From Raillietiella orientalis (Eukaryota): DNA of 64,000 nucleotides. This document shows, piece by piece, positions 12,371 through 34,949 of the stretch. The notes under the pieces are model-generated. The model did no database searches, was not told where the DNA came from, and worked only from the letters and a program-made list of their open reading frames with translations. Position numbers and translations under genes: made by a program. Numbering within the stretch: the stretch's first letter is position 1; the number at the start of each line of letters is the position of its first letter. The DNA lies in the NCBI GenBank assembly GCA_036172245.1, contig JAYWIR010000044.1, positions 930,001 to 994,000 on the forward strand, in the 5' to 3' direction.

Positions 12371-14902
12371 TTTCAGAAATGACTTTTCTTACCAAAGTTG
12401 CATAGAGAAATCACGGTTGGTTGGAAACTTTTAAGAATTTCTGTCAGATTTGCCTTTGCTATTTCTTAATTACGAAATGTTCAATTAATTGTGAAATTTC
12501 TGAATGCATTCATGGCAAAGTTTCGGAATAAACGAGAGCCACACAATCGCTATGAATTATAGCGAACCGAGGAAATGGAACATTCATCGGCTTCAGGGTG
12601 TCGGTCAATAAGAAATCATACATTGCATAAATTGTAATTGAAGCTCCAGTGCTATAGGAGATCGAAAGACCACCTTCAGGTACTTTTTCATTGTAAAAGC
12701 CATGAAAGGTCGCCGACATACCAGTTTTGTATATGCATGAAACAGTGGCAAGCAAACGAGGGAATGAAGAAATTCAGAACTGGAAGCCTGGTACATGTTG
12801 GACCAGCCTGGTTCCTGTTGTAACGTGATCGTGACAGATCACCAGTCCCTAGAAAACTCCCACTAACCTCGAAGTGTCTCAGTTCCACTCCCCATAATGA
12901 GAAACATTTCCAAGAAGGTAGCTCAATAATGTGCTTGAGACCAACCAAAAAAAAAAAAAAAAATCCCTAGAATTACAGTCCTTGGTATGGCGTTGAAGAA
13001 AGTTATGGGAATCACTGAGAAAATTCATCATTGTGGTCAATGCATTAACCTTCAAGTAATTTTCAGCTAACATTTACAAAATCTCCGTTAAATACTAGAG
13101 CAAAGCAAAACTGAAGGCTGAGCATGATCCTTTAACTCCAAAAGTTAATAAGGCCATTAATAAATATAAGTTCATCGTCAGCTTATTCACTGGGTCAAAT
13201 GAAAAATCCCAGCAAGATCATGACAAGATCAATGCACGCATCTTAACATACTGATGATGGGAACAATGTGCTAATAAAAACAGAAGGGAACTTGAAAAGA
13301 GTATTTATTTTTGTAGTAAAATTTAAATTGATTCCAAATTTCTTAGCACCATGAGTTAACATTGAAGAGAAAAAAAAGCTGTCCATTCAAACCAAACAGC
13401 AACAATAAAATATTGAGAAAATAGGAAAAAGCAATTGCAGCCTTATGTAAGCAACGCATATATCCGGTACAATTCTGTTCACATACAGTTTAAATCTTCG
13501 ATTCAGTGTAGTAAAACCAAAAATTACACAGAAATTATATTTCCCTAAACAAAATCCAAAATTCAAAATTAAACTCGGTTTTAGCGTCTAGAACTTCTTT
13601 AAGGAACCCATTTTCAATAACATAAAACCAACCTTGAATTATGTTGCTTTCTACAGCCGAATAAAGATAGAATAGATCAAAGAAAACCATTTACACTCTA
13701 TGGATTTAGTTTTAGTCACACATGTTCTTCCTATCCTGGAAATGGGCCTATGTATTATTGCTATGGATATTGACCATGAGTGAAAGTAGCCAAATTTTCC
13801 ATTTCGTCTATTCCAAAAAACCGTGGAATTTGCTCATTTCACGCGTGTTTTCTTAGGAGCTCCATTATAATACATGTACAATAATTTTCAAAGTCTTAAT
13901 TAGGCAAACACGGAGCTTTGCATGAAGAATACGAAACTTTGCTCTCCCGAACAGAATTCATATAAAAAATAATGTCGATTGATGCAGCTTACCATTTCTA
14001 AAAAAATTAGCATTATGGCATATCAGGAGAATATCTAAAAGAATCATCCAAAAGGAAATGGCATCTTGCCTATTTAAATGTTTTCGGATGAAATTATGGA
14101 TATGAAAGCATCGCTTGTGTTGCTTCCATGGATCTATGCGACCATTTGAATGTCATACCTCCATTGAAAGGAAGCAAAATTTTGAATACAAAATAACTAG
14201 TATTCAACCAATCTAATGTTGACGTGTATAGAAGTTTCAAATGACGTGTGAAAATTAACTATGTAAATTTAGAGTATTCATTGCCAGAATTTCCTGAAAG
14301 CGTAAAAACTGTTTCATAAATTCCCATATCTTCGGTTACAATATCTATCATTCTGGACAACAGAGAATTAAGAAATTCAGAAAACCTGAAAATGTTTCAC
14401 TGTAATTTTAATTTTTTAAACGAGTAATTTTTACACATCACCAGATTGTGCTGTGCCTTTTGCATCCGTCACAAGATTAACTTATTGTTATGAAATGACT
14501 TCATAGCTATAAATTAAGCTATGTCATCACAAGTTTAAAAAAAAATACCAGCGTAATATGTAATCAATATATTCTGGACATATATATCAGACTAATCTGT
14601 GCATGGCATTTTGCAACAAGAGTGAGACTTTTCAAAAAAAAAAAATTAGAATAATCTTCGAATCATTGATTCTCTTCACGGGAACCTTGGTAAGCCTTAG
14701 TATTTTTTATGCTCCTGAAAGTTACGCAAGTAGCTGTGCATAGCAATTTCTGAAGTTCTGGTGTGTGTTTATGTTTAGAGTGTTCTGTTCATTAAACATG
14801 AAGATTGTGCTGACAGTCGAATTACGAGTGAAATTCAATTTTTGTAATTTTGCAGAAAAATGCAACTTTCTCCAGTGTGTTTATAAGTAGTGGAAAAGTC
14901 AG

Positions 14903-17900
14903 ATGTTGTTGAAGCGATTCCTCAGCTTGTGCTCGAATTTCTATTCTAGAAGCTTCCACGTCAGCAGTTCATGGCGTAGTCGCCATACTTTGAAAGATTA
15001 TAGAGGTGCAGCTCCAAAAAAAGACGAAGGTACTTCAGGTGAAGCCAGCGTGGTAATTGACGCTTGGCAGGAAAGGTAAAATTTCTGATATCTCTCTCTC
15101 ATACATATTTGACGTTTTTGTCGTTTAACGAATAAAAGACTGTGTAGCACTTGTGACTGAGTCTGGAAATTACTCCAGACTCTGTTTTAAGATGTATAGA
15201 CCAGTTTGATACGAAATGCAATTGAGTGCTCGTTTTTTAATAGCTGTTGGATTCTTTAAACTGATAGGTTTACTCCTGAATTCCCAGACGAAAACACACC
15301 AAATCGAATATTCAATGGAATTAGGTTCTCCGAAATTCCAGTGTGTTATGTAAAAGCAACAAGAAACAATACTCATGTGATGCTATTTGTGAATGGTGAG
15401 CTCTTAGCGATTTGCCATTAAATCCTGCGAATCTGATTATCAGGCAAACCTGCCAAAGGTTTTTATCGTACGTGTACAGCTGAGGGATTCAAAAATACTA
15501 AGAAAGGCACAAGTACAGCTGCCCAAGCTGTTGGATTAAGCTTGGCATCTGTAAGTACCCTATACAAACGCATATATGTGTGCTTCTTTCGCAGCTTGCT
15601 ATTGACCAAGGAATAAAGACAATGCGGCTGTGCATAAATGGCATTGGACCTGGAAGAATGGTAAGTAAACTCGAAATTTGTTTACCTAAAACTAAATATC
15701 GACATAAAGTCTGTTTTTAGTTATTTTACGCGAAACTGCATGCGTCTATCTCTTTTTAAGATGTATATTTATGTTCAAGAACGCTTTTAACTCTAATAAA
15801 CGTCCTGAAGTCAGGAAAATTTTCAGGTGCATGTTTTCTGAAAAAATATTTCTCTGATTGTATGCAGGAACAGTTGAAGTATATGTTGATCTAGATGTTT
15901 CTCATTGGCTTTTAGGAAAATATGTTATGCTTTTCAAACACAAAGAATATTTCTCGAAGCAAATTTGGTTTTGGGCTTTTAGGCTAGATTTATATGTTGT
16001 TTCGTTTTTGCTGTTTTGAGCTCACTTCATGTAGAATATAGGAATACTTCTAATAAGCTTATATGTATGACTTATGGTGTGCATATCAATGAAAAAGTAG
16101 TAATTGCATCTTGCATAGAGACTTTTCAGGTTTCATTCTATCTATTTTTAAAAAGGTTTTTGCAAATTTTTTATGTAATTACAAGCAAGAATTCCTATGT
16201 TAGGGTGCTTCTGTTGAGTTTTTAGAATGGCTCTTAAATTATGACGAAGTTTTCTTCGGTGCACCTTTTTTTTCTTTCTATCTTTAGAAATTCTTGAAGT
16301 TTTTATGTCAGCCTTCAACGCCCTCCTATGTTTCTTAAGTAAAGGCAAAAATTTCCTCAAGGTGTTAGGCAGAATAGACGATTTTTTAAGCAAAAACTCG
16401 ATTTGATATTTAGTATTTTCTGTTTTTTTAATTGTAATTTGCATTTCAACTGAGGAAAGATTCAAATTTCATTCACATTTGCTGATGTAATGTGTATTGC
16501 ATGCTATGTGTGCATGTGCATGAGAAATTTCTGTAATACTAGATGTAAAATATCGGTAGCTTTGTTTTGTTGCACAAACATTTAAGTTTCGTTTCATTAT
16601 TCAACTTTACAAGTTTCTCAAAGTTATAAACAAAAATTCCTTATTTTTAAAACATTATTTCCCAGATTCACTTTTTTTTTTTAAATAAAAGAGTTTCTTT
16701 ACTGTCAGATTTAGAACTCATTTTTGATCCAGATTTTAATTCAGCAGTCTACTGCAAAGTAGATTGCATGATCTACATTATACAGTCTACTCCATTAAAA
16801 ACTGGATATCCATAATTTCATCAATTATAGAAGGGAACAGTATTAGTTTTATCTGTATCTCCAATACTGATTAATAGTTATTCATGAAGTTTTATGCTTA
16901 AATTAAAAGTACATAAACTTGGCATTCTTTCATCTGAAATTTAATCAATCAAGCAATACATGGTAGAATAATCACATTCTTGAAAACCAGAAATGGAATT
17001 AGGATTTAGTGTTATTTCAGTTTATTGTTTAAAGTATTGTTGTTAGAGCATGTGTGATTATTGTTGATTATTGGCTTTCTGTTGTTCACTATTATTTGTG
17101 TTGGTTAAGGAAGCTGGCATTTTTTGTTTTTAGTACATTTAGTCCTAACTATGTTTTACATTCGAAATTTTCGTTCTCTCACATCTTAGGGGATGTCGTG
17201 GAGGTGGGGTCAAGATTGTAGAATAATATGTTGGGTTTGAATTTATTGACGATTTGCCAAAGGACTTTTCTATTGGTTTATTCATTTGTCATTCTTAGAC
17301 TGCATGCAGCTATAACCACAGTTGATTGCTTATTCTTCATAACAGCAATTGATGTAAGGGATAGGATATTAACTTTTGTTTCCCAAAACACTTCAAAAGT
17401 TGAGTTACTCTTATGAAGAGTTTTTGATGCCTTCTTCTTTTTATATAGTGCAGAAATTTCAAGTTTATGATATTCTCGTATTTATCTCTTGCGGTAACTG
17501 GTATTCCTGAGAGGCAGTGTAACATTTGTTTTGTATCATGTTGATCTACAAATTCACAGAATTATCTTAAAAAACAAACAAACAAACAATCATTGGATTT
17601 TTTTTGGTAATACTTTTGTTTGATTATACTGTCATCTTTTCTTGGGTTAGCAAGTTCATTTTCTATGCATTCTTAATTCTGAATTTCTCAACATTCAGTT
17701 AGTTTCTCCATTTCAGTCACAGACTAATAATGGTTAATGGATTTGCTATGTACATCAAGTTAGTAATCATTTGAAAGTCATCCCATTTTGAAAGCTATTC
17801 GAAAGTCGTTCATTTAGTAGTGAAGTGTATTTATTTTCATTTTGTGTTTGACCCTTGATTGACTACCGGAAGTGACTAAATTTTATTGAAATCACAGAGC

Positions 17901-20900
17901 ACATCATTTCTGAATCACTGTGCTGAACATGTTTTTCACATAAGATGCTGTCTTGTTTTCCAGATTGCAGTGATTTCTAAGAATAAAATTGGGCAGTGTT
18001 TTCACAAATAGGTTGCCTTGTTTCTGTTTTTTCTATTCTATTTTCTATTTTTTTTTGTAAAATTCGGTGAAAATTTGTGAAAATTTGCAAATTTTTGTGC
18101 TTTTTTTTTCAATAGGATGCTAGTAAATCATTTGATTTTCGAAATATCCCTCATTCAACAGTGTTCATATGTAATGTGGGGCTATTGTATGGCATCTTTG
18201 TATTGAATTTTTAGAAGTCAAGATTTTTTGAAGTGCTCTTGGCTGAATTGGTTAATTATGTGGAGTGCACATTTGAGAAAAAAGTAGGAAATATATTGGA
18301 ATGGTTACCATTAGAAGTGGTCATTTTGTAGAAATCATTATGTTTAAAATGTTGTTCTAGTTGTGCTGCTTGTTCTTATGTGATCACTGGTGTCATCTGT
18401 TTGTTTTTACTTTGTCTAGTTTTCATATGGATGTATGGAGGATCATAGTCAGATGTTTGGAGTCACTTCAGAACTCTTTCATAGCATAACTTTGCTTCAG
18501 AGTTCCTTTAATAGGTTAACATAGCTTTTCATTCAATAGTGTTTCTGTGGTGCCATGGTGGCTAATCTAAAATTGGGTTAGGTATGTCGAACTCTTTCGA
18601 GCATGTTTAAAAGCATGCGCTTTAGGTTGCATTGCGTTGCCATTTTTTTTTATTTTCCTCAAAAACTGTTAGCTGCATGTCATTCATTTCGTATATCAAG
18701 ACAGTGGTAACTGTAACTTCGTTGTGGAAGTTGTGTTACAATGTAGCATAGTAGCTGGAAAGTAAGCTGGTTATCCAATAAACCACCTTGTGTTAGAAGT
18801 GAGCTGTTTTAGTCATTAACAACAAAAGTGCAACTCAGTAAACAAAAGACTATTGGTTATGTTAAAACCAATAAGTAGTTTCATAAATATTTGTCAGTAT
18901 TAGGTGTTGGCTTTGGTAGTCTAATTTTCTTTACTCTGTTCTTCATAATTTAGCTTGCTTTCTAATGGGTGTAAGGGTCCAGGTTTTAGGTTTTAAAAAA
19001 ATGCTTGTGATGCTATTCATACAATTCTTTGGTTCTGGTTTGAACTCAAGACAGTGTTCTGATTGTTTTCCTGGTGTTAAAAAGAGATGCTTCTTTTTCT
19101 TTTCTTTTTTTTTTAATAGGTTTTAGAGCATGTTTGAAATTTTCAATACGTACGATTTAAAAAACACACAAAGACATCAAAGTAAATGATATTCTCATAT
19201 AATGAAGTATTTAAAAGTGAATTTGATATCTGTCATTTTAGGGGATTACGCATTTTTCTTTTTTTAGTTTTTATATTAGTGTGCCTGAGGAAGCTGGGTG
19301 TATTTTATTTCCTTCTTGTAACATGCAACATATATAGTTGTATATAAACTGGTTAACAATATCTCTACATAGTGGTCTGATGGTTTTTTTTCATGCTCAG
19401 ATTAGGTTTCAAGAAACCACTCCTGTCACCTATATTAAAATTTTTGTTAGAAAATTATTGTATGCAATAATCTTATGCCCCAAAACTAGATGATTCATTA
19501 TGTACACTTCTAAAAATTCAATACAAAGATGATGCCATACAATAGCCCCACATTACATATGAACACTGATGAATGTTTTTCACAAACCACATATAAAATA
19601 CAGAACTTTTGAATAGGACTCTGAGAGGATGGGGGATATTTCGAAAATCAAATACATATTTATGAAGGGTAGTGTGGGCATGTTGAAAAGCATGCATAGG
19701 ACATGGAGGTTTTAGATTGTGTTAATGCTGTTGGAATGGGTTTTGGACATGCAATAATTTGCTGTGCTTAACCTTGTTGAGTTTCATGCTTGTATGAAGG
19801 GGTCATTAAGTATGAGTCAATATTGTGGAATTTGGGATTTTCAGTGTGCATTTCCTCAGTGTTCTCAGTGTGCATGGAGCAGTTTATGTTCCTTTGAAAA
19901 TATTTGTTTCTAAGCTATTTTAGAAAATTTGTGAACAGGCTCCACTTAAAAAGCGAAATGCTTTGATTGTTATTTGGTCAGGCATTTGAAATCAAGTATT
20001 TGCTTTCAGTAATTGGCTATTGAGACTATTGAATGTCTTAAAAAGTTGGTCATGTGTTAGAATCAATCATTCTTAGCATTAATTTTTGAAATTATTTAAA
20101 ACGAGGAATTGTATCTTGAAATTCTTAAACAATAAGTTGAGAAGCTTGTTGAATTGTTTGTCATGTTGAACGTTTTAAAATAGAGAGCTAGTACCAAATT
20201 TGTTTCGAATTTTTCTGTGAAAAACGAAAAATGCATAGCATATGCGTACTTTGTAGTTGATTTTTGCATCTTACTATGATGATTTAGCACCATTTTCTGA
20301 TCTATATTGTGTTCTTATATGTGTTCATGATCCAGGTATCCTGTTTTTTTTGTTTTTTTAAATATCTGCTGGTTATGTAATGACAGTATGTAAAAACTGC
20401 AATGGTATTAGATTATCGAATAGTATTGGAGTGTCTTATTACTTAGGAAAGTAAGTGAAATGGAATGTGAAACATTAGTAGTTAATTTCACTGGTATCTT
20501 AATTTCGAAAGGTAAGCTTTCTTTGCAGTCATTACAAGTAATTACAGAATGGTTAGATTTTTGAATTTAATTTGGAAGTAACATGTTTGAAATTTTTAAA
20601 AATTGCTAGATTCATGAATGAAAAAGTCATCATATAACAGACTAATCATGAAGTCGTGGGCACTTGGATCAAATAGTGCATGATACAACTGTGCACTTCA
20701 GGGTTGCAAAACTAGGTGAACTTGGTGAAAGATATTCTTAGAAAAACCTAAGGGGAAACAGGATTTGAAACCAATATTTCATCTGCATTTTAACACATCT
20801 GCTTGCATGCATATATGGGAACATTGCTTTGTGAGTCTGCATACATGCATGTACATCACATGTACATGCATGTATGCATAAAGAAACATGGAGCTTGCCA

Positions 20901-23900
20901 CAATTCCCGTATGTTGCCAAGTGTATGTAGGTTGGTTAAAAGCATTAGTTTTGATGTAGTTTTTTACATACAATGTAGTGAAAGTGCCTGAAGATTCATC
21001 AAGCAGTGGATTGTGTCCTAATGGTTTTTGTGAGTAAAGTAGTGCATCACATCCTACGATCTAAGGAAACTAATGATCAAACTAAAGTCCATGGAATCTG
21101 TCTAATGAAGAAGCCGGAATCAGTTTTTCATAAATTCAGATGAAGAGATACCCAGCTTACCCCAGCACCCAAGCTTTTTTTCTACTATTCCATTCTCAGG
21201 GCCACGTACTGCAAGTTTTGTCGAATGTTCTACATGTGGAGTGCATTGGAAATGGTGCAGATGTTTGAAAATTCGACAAGTCCCTGAGTAAAAGAATCAT
21301 GTACAATATGGTGACGGAAACTTATTGAATAACGAGTTAAAGATGCAGGCGAAAATAAAGGCAAAGCATCGGCGTTTTCATATTTTTTTTTCCTCCTTTT
21401 TCAAGTAGAGTTGTTCAGTGCTATGCCATGTTATTGGCAACATGCACTTTCAACTGCTTGAAAGCTTTGCATAGGTACTTAATGTGAAAGAGCAGAATTT
21501 ACGCAGTCATTAAAAGAAGGGAGATATTGGAAACCGTTTGTTAGATTGGTTCGTTAAGATTTTCGCCCATTTCGCCTATTCAATACATGTTCCGTGCACG
21601 TAATAAAGTTTGTTTTCGCCAGTTCTAGGTTGACTTCCTTAGAATTTGATATGGATGGAGAATCCCTTGGTGTAGCACCTTTCATCGGAAGCAAAGCATT
21701 TGTGTGAAGGGTGGCCTTTCCCCCGGAAAACTGAATTCTGCAGGTTGGGTTTCATGCTGGTTCAGCATTAGGTAACTCTCGAAGGTTGTTTCATGAAAAA
21801 TGCTTTCCCCCCTCCCCAGTTTGCACGAGACACCTGTAAACACCGAGACACCATGATTGCAAGAAATAAAGGGGGTTGGGTGGAGAATTTAGCGCCGTGG
21901 TTGATTTCCTGTGCTGCTTGTTCTTATCACATCAAAGTTTTCGCGATTTGCGAATGCAATTGTCCGTGTGTAAAGTTGCATGCCATTAATGGGAAATGGA
22001 AGTTGGGAAGTCCAGTCCTTAAAAAACAGTGGCGTTCTGCATTAGGGATATGTCGCGATAGTGTTCCTTGTTTATGTATTTCAGTCTGTGCACTGTACGC
22101 GTACAGCTTTTTCCTTATAACTCCTCAGCTTGCGAGCTCATACTCTGTGGATGATATGCTTTCAATTTTCAATAAATGAATTCTGAAATCGAGAAGTGTC
22201 AGTCAGTCACTTGTTACACAGTCAGCATACTTCAGGGTGGCATTCACCTGGATCCAGTAAAAGTTAAAACCGAATAGTATCATGCAAAGTACGAACAAGC
22301 TGCATCCCTGTAATGAACAAAATTTAGGATGCTTACAAAGTGGGGTTTTTTTCATGCACAGAAACTACAATATCCGTGAAAGTCAAGACCAATATCCCTC
22401 AAACACTGCATCGAGATAAAGCACTTGCAAGGTTTCCACGGCGCCTGCAAGTTCCCATTTCACGCATATTTCGGTGGTTTGCTAAAATTTCTCGCAGTCG
22501 ATTCGTTTGGCTAACGGTCACTTTTTTTGCAACAGATATGAGCTGATGTAAAAGGTAATTTTCGTGACATCTGGTTTGTGGGTTATGAAGTGCATATCGC
22601 ATGGCAGGACATGGGTATTTCTGTACTGTATTGCAAAAATCGGTCCCTGCTGCCTAGGGCTTGTACACGCTCCCTTCTTCTATCAAGCGTTTTCTTTGGA
22701 GAAGCTATGTGCCCAAGACCCCGGTTACGGCATTATACGTGCAGCGCAGGGTGCGCCAGAACGACCCAGCAGCCGTTGACTTGGGTGATGTGCGCCCCAT
22801 TTCACGTTGAACAGGAAACCCGAAAAATGTCCGCGCCGCCATCGTATCCGGTGGACATCACCACCACCACCACCACCACCACCGAAGAAGAAATCCTTGG
22901 GCAGCAGCGGCCGTTCAAGCGCTGTGAATTTCCGTGCTCTGCTACGTGTGCTTCCGCCTCGGTTGTCGGTTTGGTTGTTTCGTGTTCTCAGGGCTGTTCT
23001 CACACACACATACGAATATCGGTGGTGCGGCGGAGTGACTTTCCGCTTGGCAGCGCAATCGTGGGGGCAGTGTCGAGGCGGTGCGCGCCGAGATGCCAAG
23101 GGGAAAAGTCCTCCCCCCCCCCAGTTTAGAATCTTCTGCGCTGTTCTAACACTTTAGCCGATCAGTGGATTTGGGAGGCTTGTCTTCCCTGTTCGTTTCG
23201 TTTGCTAAACGACTGGGCAGGGAATAGGTCCGTTGAGTAGCAGCAGCAAGGTGACTCCCCTTTTGCGTCGTAATTTCTTTTATGCTCTTATCTGGGTTTC
23301 CTCAGCCTTTTAAGAAAGCGCCCACGAGGCAGCAGTGTTTGATTTCGTGGTCTGGCAGTTTCGGGATCCGGTGTAGATTTTTTTTTCACTTTTTGCCTGC
23401 TGGTGATCCGTCTATCGGTAGAAAGATCATCGGCAGAATCCTGCTTACGTAATACTGCACGTTTTTTGCTTTCAAGATCCGAAACTTAGCATTGGGTTTT
23501 CAATTTGTTTCGTTCCCTTATTTTTCCTTGATTTCCGGTTTTTCCGGGTGCGTACCCAAAGCGTCAGCAGCACCCATCACGTCCGGATTTTATATAGTAA
23601 AAAGCCTGCTGTTTTGATCCCATGCAAATCATTTTTCTGGTATCATTTTCTCTGTAGAAATAAAAAAAGAGGGTAAATTTTCGATGGAGTTGACGTATCA
23701 CACCTGTGTACGCACACACACCTTTTTATTGTGTGGTTTCCCAGTAATTGTAGCACCACAGAGTAACTGTAGTACCATTGTGGTTGACTTTGCCACCATC
23801 AAATTGTAGTGTTTGCATTTCAAGGATTACTTTACACTTGTGGATTCAGGCTGCTTTTTCCCACTTGGGAAGATTATTGCAAGTAATTGAGTCCTGTGAT

Positions 23901-24712
23901 TCAGTAATCTTTCAGGAAATACCTTACACATTTACATATTCCTTAATTTCATTAAGCTTAAGCATCAGATTTTCGATTCCCCACCCGCGTTTCACTTTAA
24001 AAAGATGTGTTCGCCTTCACTTTGAAAAAGTTGTATTGGAAAATTGGGAATATTAGATAATGTAATTAATGCCTCGTGAGCTGTCAGCGTTGAAGGAAAC
24101 GACAGATTTCCATTTTGGTGAAGGGTTATGGCATGTTTCTTGCAAATACGCTGAAGATCTCAGGTAGCTTTCTGTGATGCCTAATGTTGGGTGACTTTTT
24201 GAAGCCTTTTTGAAATATTTCTACATCACAATCGTTCAGCAATCTGATTGAGTTGTTTCTACATCCACATTTGTTTCCTTTTCCCTCTCTTTTTTTCATT
24301 TTGATGATTCTTGTTTCCTATTTTGTTTTGCTGTCAAGTTCTTTTGTTGCTTGATGATTTATTTTGTGAACTTTAACGATTGGCAGTCGTCATAGGGGTA
24401 GGAATACTCGTGAAATTTGTTTTGTGTGAATTTGCACTAATAGCCCTTTCATATTACTAGTGCGATTAGTATTTTCTCTCTTCTTCTTCTAGGCAACATA
24501 TCGGTTTGCTTGTTGATTTTAAGTTATTTTGTTTGCAAGGTTTGTATTGTCTTGTAAATTTCAATGTGGACTAATTATGCATTACTCCTTTTTTGTTTCA
24601 GTCTACTGCCAAGGGACTCCAGATGGGTGGCATTGACATTGTTTCAGTTACTGATGTTACTAAAATAAATTGGAGAAATAATCCACGTCCTCGAAAGCAA
24701 AAGCACGTATAA
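14903..24712 (+). CDS. MRPS11: Mitochondrial ribosomal protein S11 (uS11m), 5 exons: 14903-15075, 15268-15395, 15444-15550, 15595-15660, 24602-24712; 194 aa
   Basis: Transit-peptide-like N-terminus, PKKDEGTSGE, FPDENTPNRIFNG, EGFKNTKKGTSTAAQA, GIGPGRM|STAKGLQMGGIDIVSVTD..PRPRKQKHV*. Phases join correctly across an 8941-bp intron; AATAAA follows at ~24745. Confidence 0.93.
16100..20300 (-). mobile_element. Possible ancient non-LTR (LINE) relic, antisense within MRPS11 intron 4
   Basis: Strong A-skew on the minus strand; fragments such as NITNSLLFTELHF (APE-like) and NRKVLWQIVNKFKP (LINE ORF2 linker-like); no intact RT motif found. Confidence 0.25.
18130..19653. repeat. Long inverted repeat: arm 18130-18218 versus arm 19506-19653 (latter has a ~57-bp insert)
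   Basis: ACTTCTAAAAATTCAATACAAAGATG(ATG)CCATACAATAGCCCCACATTACATATGAACACTG at 19506 and GGGATATTTCGAAAATCAAAT at 19633 are reverse complements of 18130-18218. Confidence 0.9.
22859..22882. repeat. (CAC)8 microsatellite inside a CpG-rich island
   Basis: Direct reading of the sequence. Confidence 0.9.
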
Positions 24713-25263
24713 GTTTGTAATCGTTAAAATGCATACAAGATGTCCAATAAAGAAAATATTGTATTGTTTTAGGAATAGAGTTTTTATTTTAAGGATATTT
24801 TTTTTTAATCTTCGAAAATACAACGCTTTGTGTAAGAGGAAAGTATTCATAAAAGAATGAAATAAATGCAAATGGAATGTTATTCCCAATTTTATTGGAA
24901 TTTAGAAATGATCTGGCAATTCTGCTATTTGCAACAAGGAATTATGGGACCGAATCTAGTGACGTGCAATGTCAGGAGTGATAAAGTATTATATAGTTAA
25001 GCTTTTAAATCTTGCTTATTTATAATAGTGCTTAGTTAAAATGCTTTTGAATACAATTATATTTTACAAAAATATTTGAAAAACAGTTTTAGAGTTTTTT
25101 TTTTTAACCCAAAATTATTGATTACATGATTTTTCGTATCATGAGAAATAAGTGAACAGAAAGAGTAATCTTTAAATATGAACTATGAAAAGTTTAAATT
25201 TCACAATGAGTAATATGATAGTTTTCTTCTGAGACCAGTATCGTAAGATTTTTTCACTTCATT

Positions 25264-34901
<9,638 letters not shown>

Positions 34902-34949
34902 TGTCTTCAGCAATGCAAGTGATATTTTATTATTCCAGAATACATTGCT

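Noticed and set aside
12600..12800. LPLFHAYT motif reminiscent of XPG/PIN-type domains of some DNA transposons
   Set aside because: The following GCD..S.F.G.GK motif is absent; too weak to call.
16148..16465. Lys-rich 105-aa minus-strand ORF
   Set aside because: No ATG-supported gene structure or domain; explained by A-rich skew of intronic or relic DNA.
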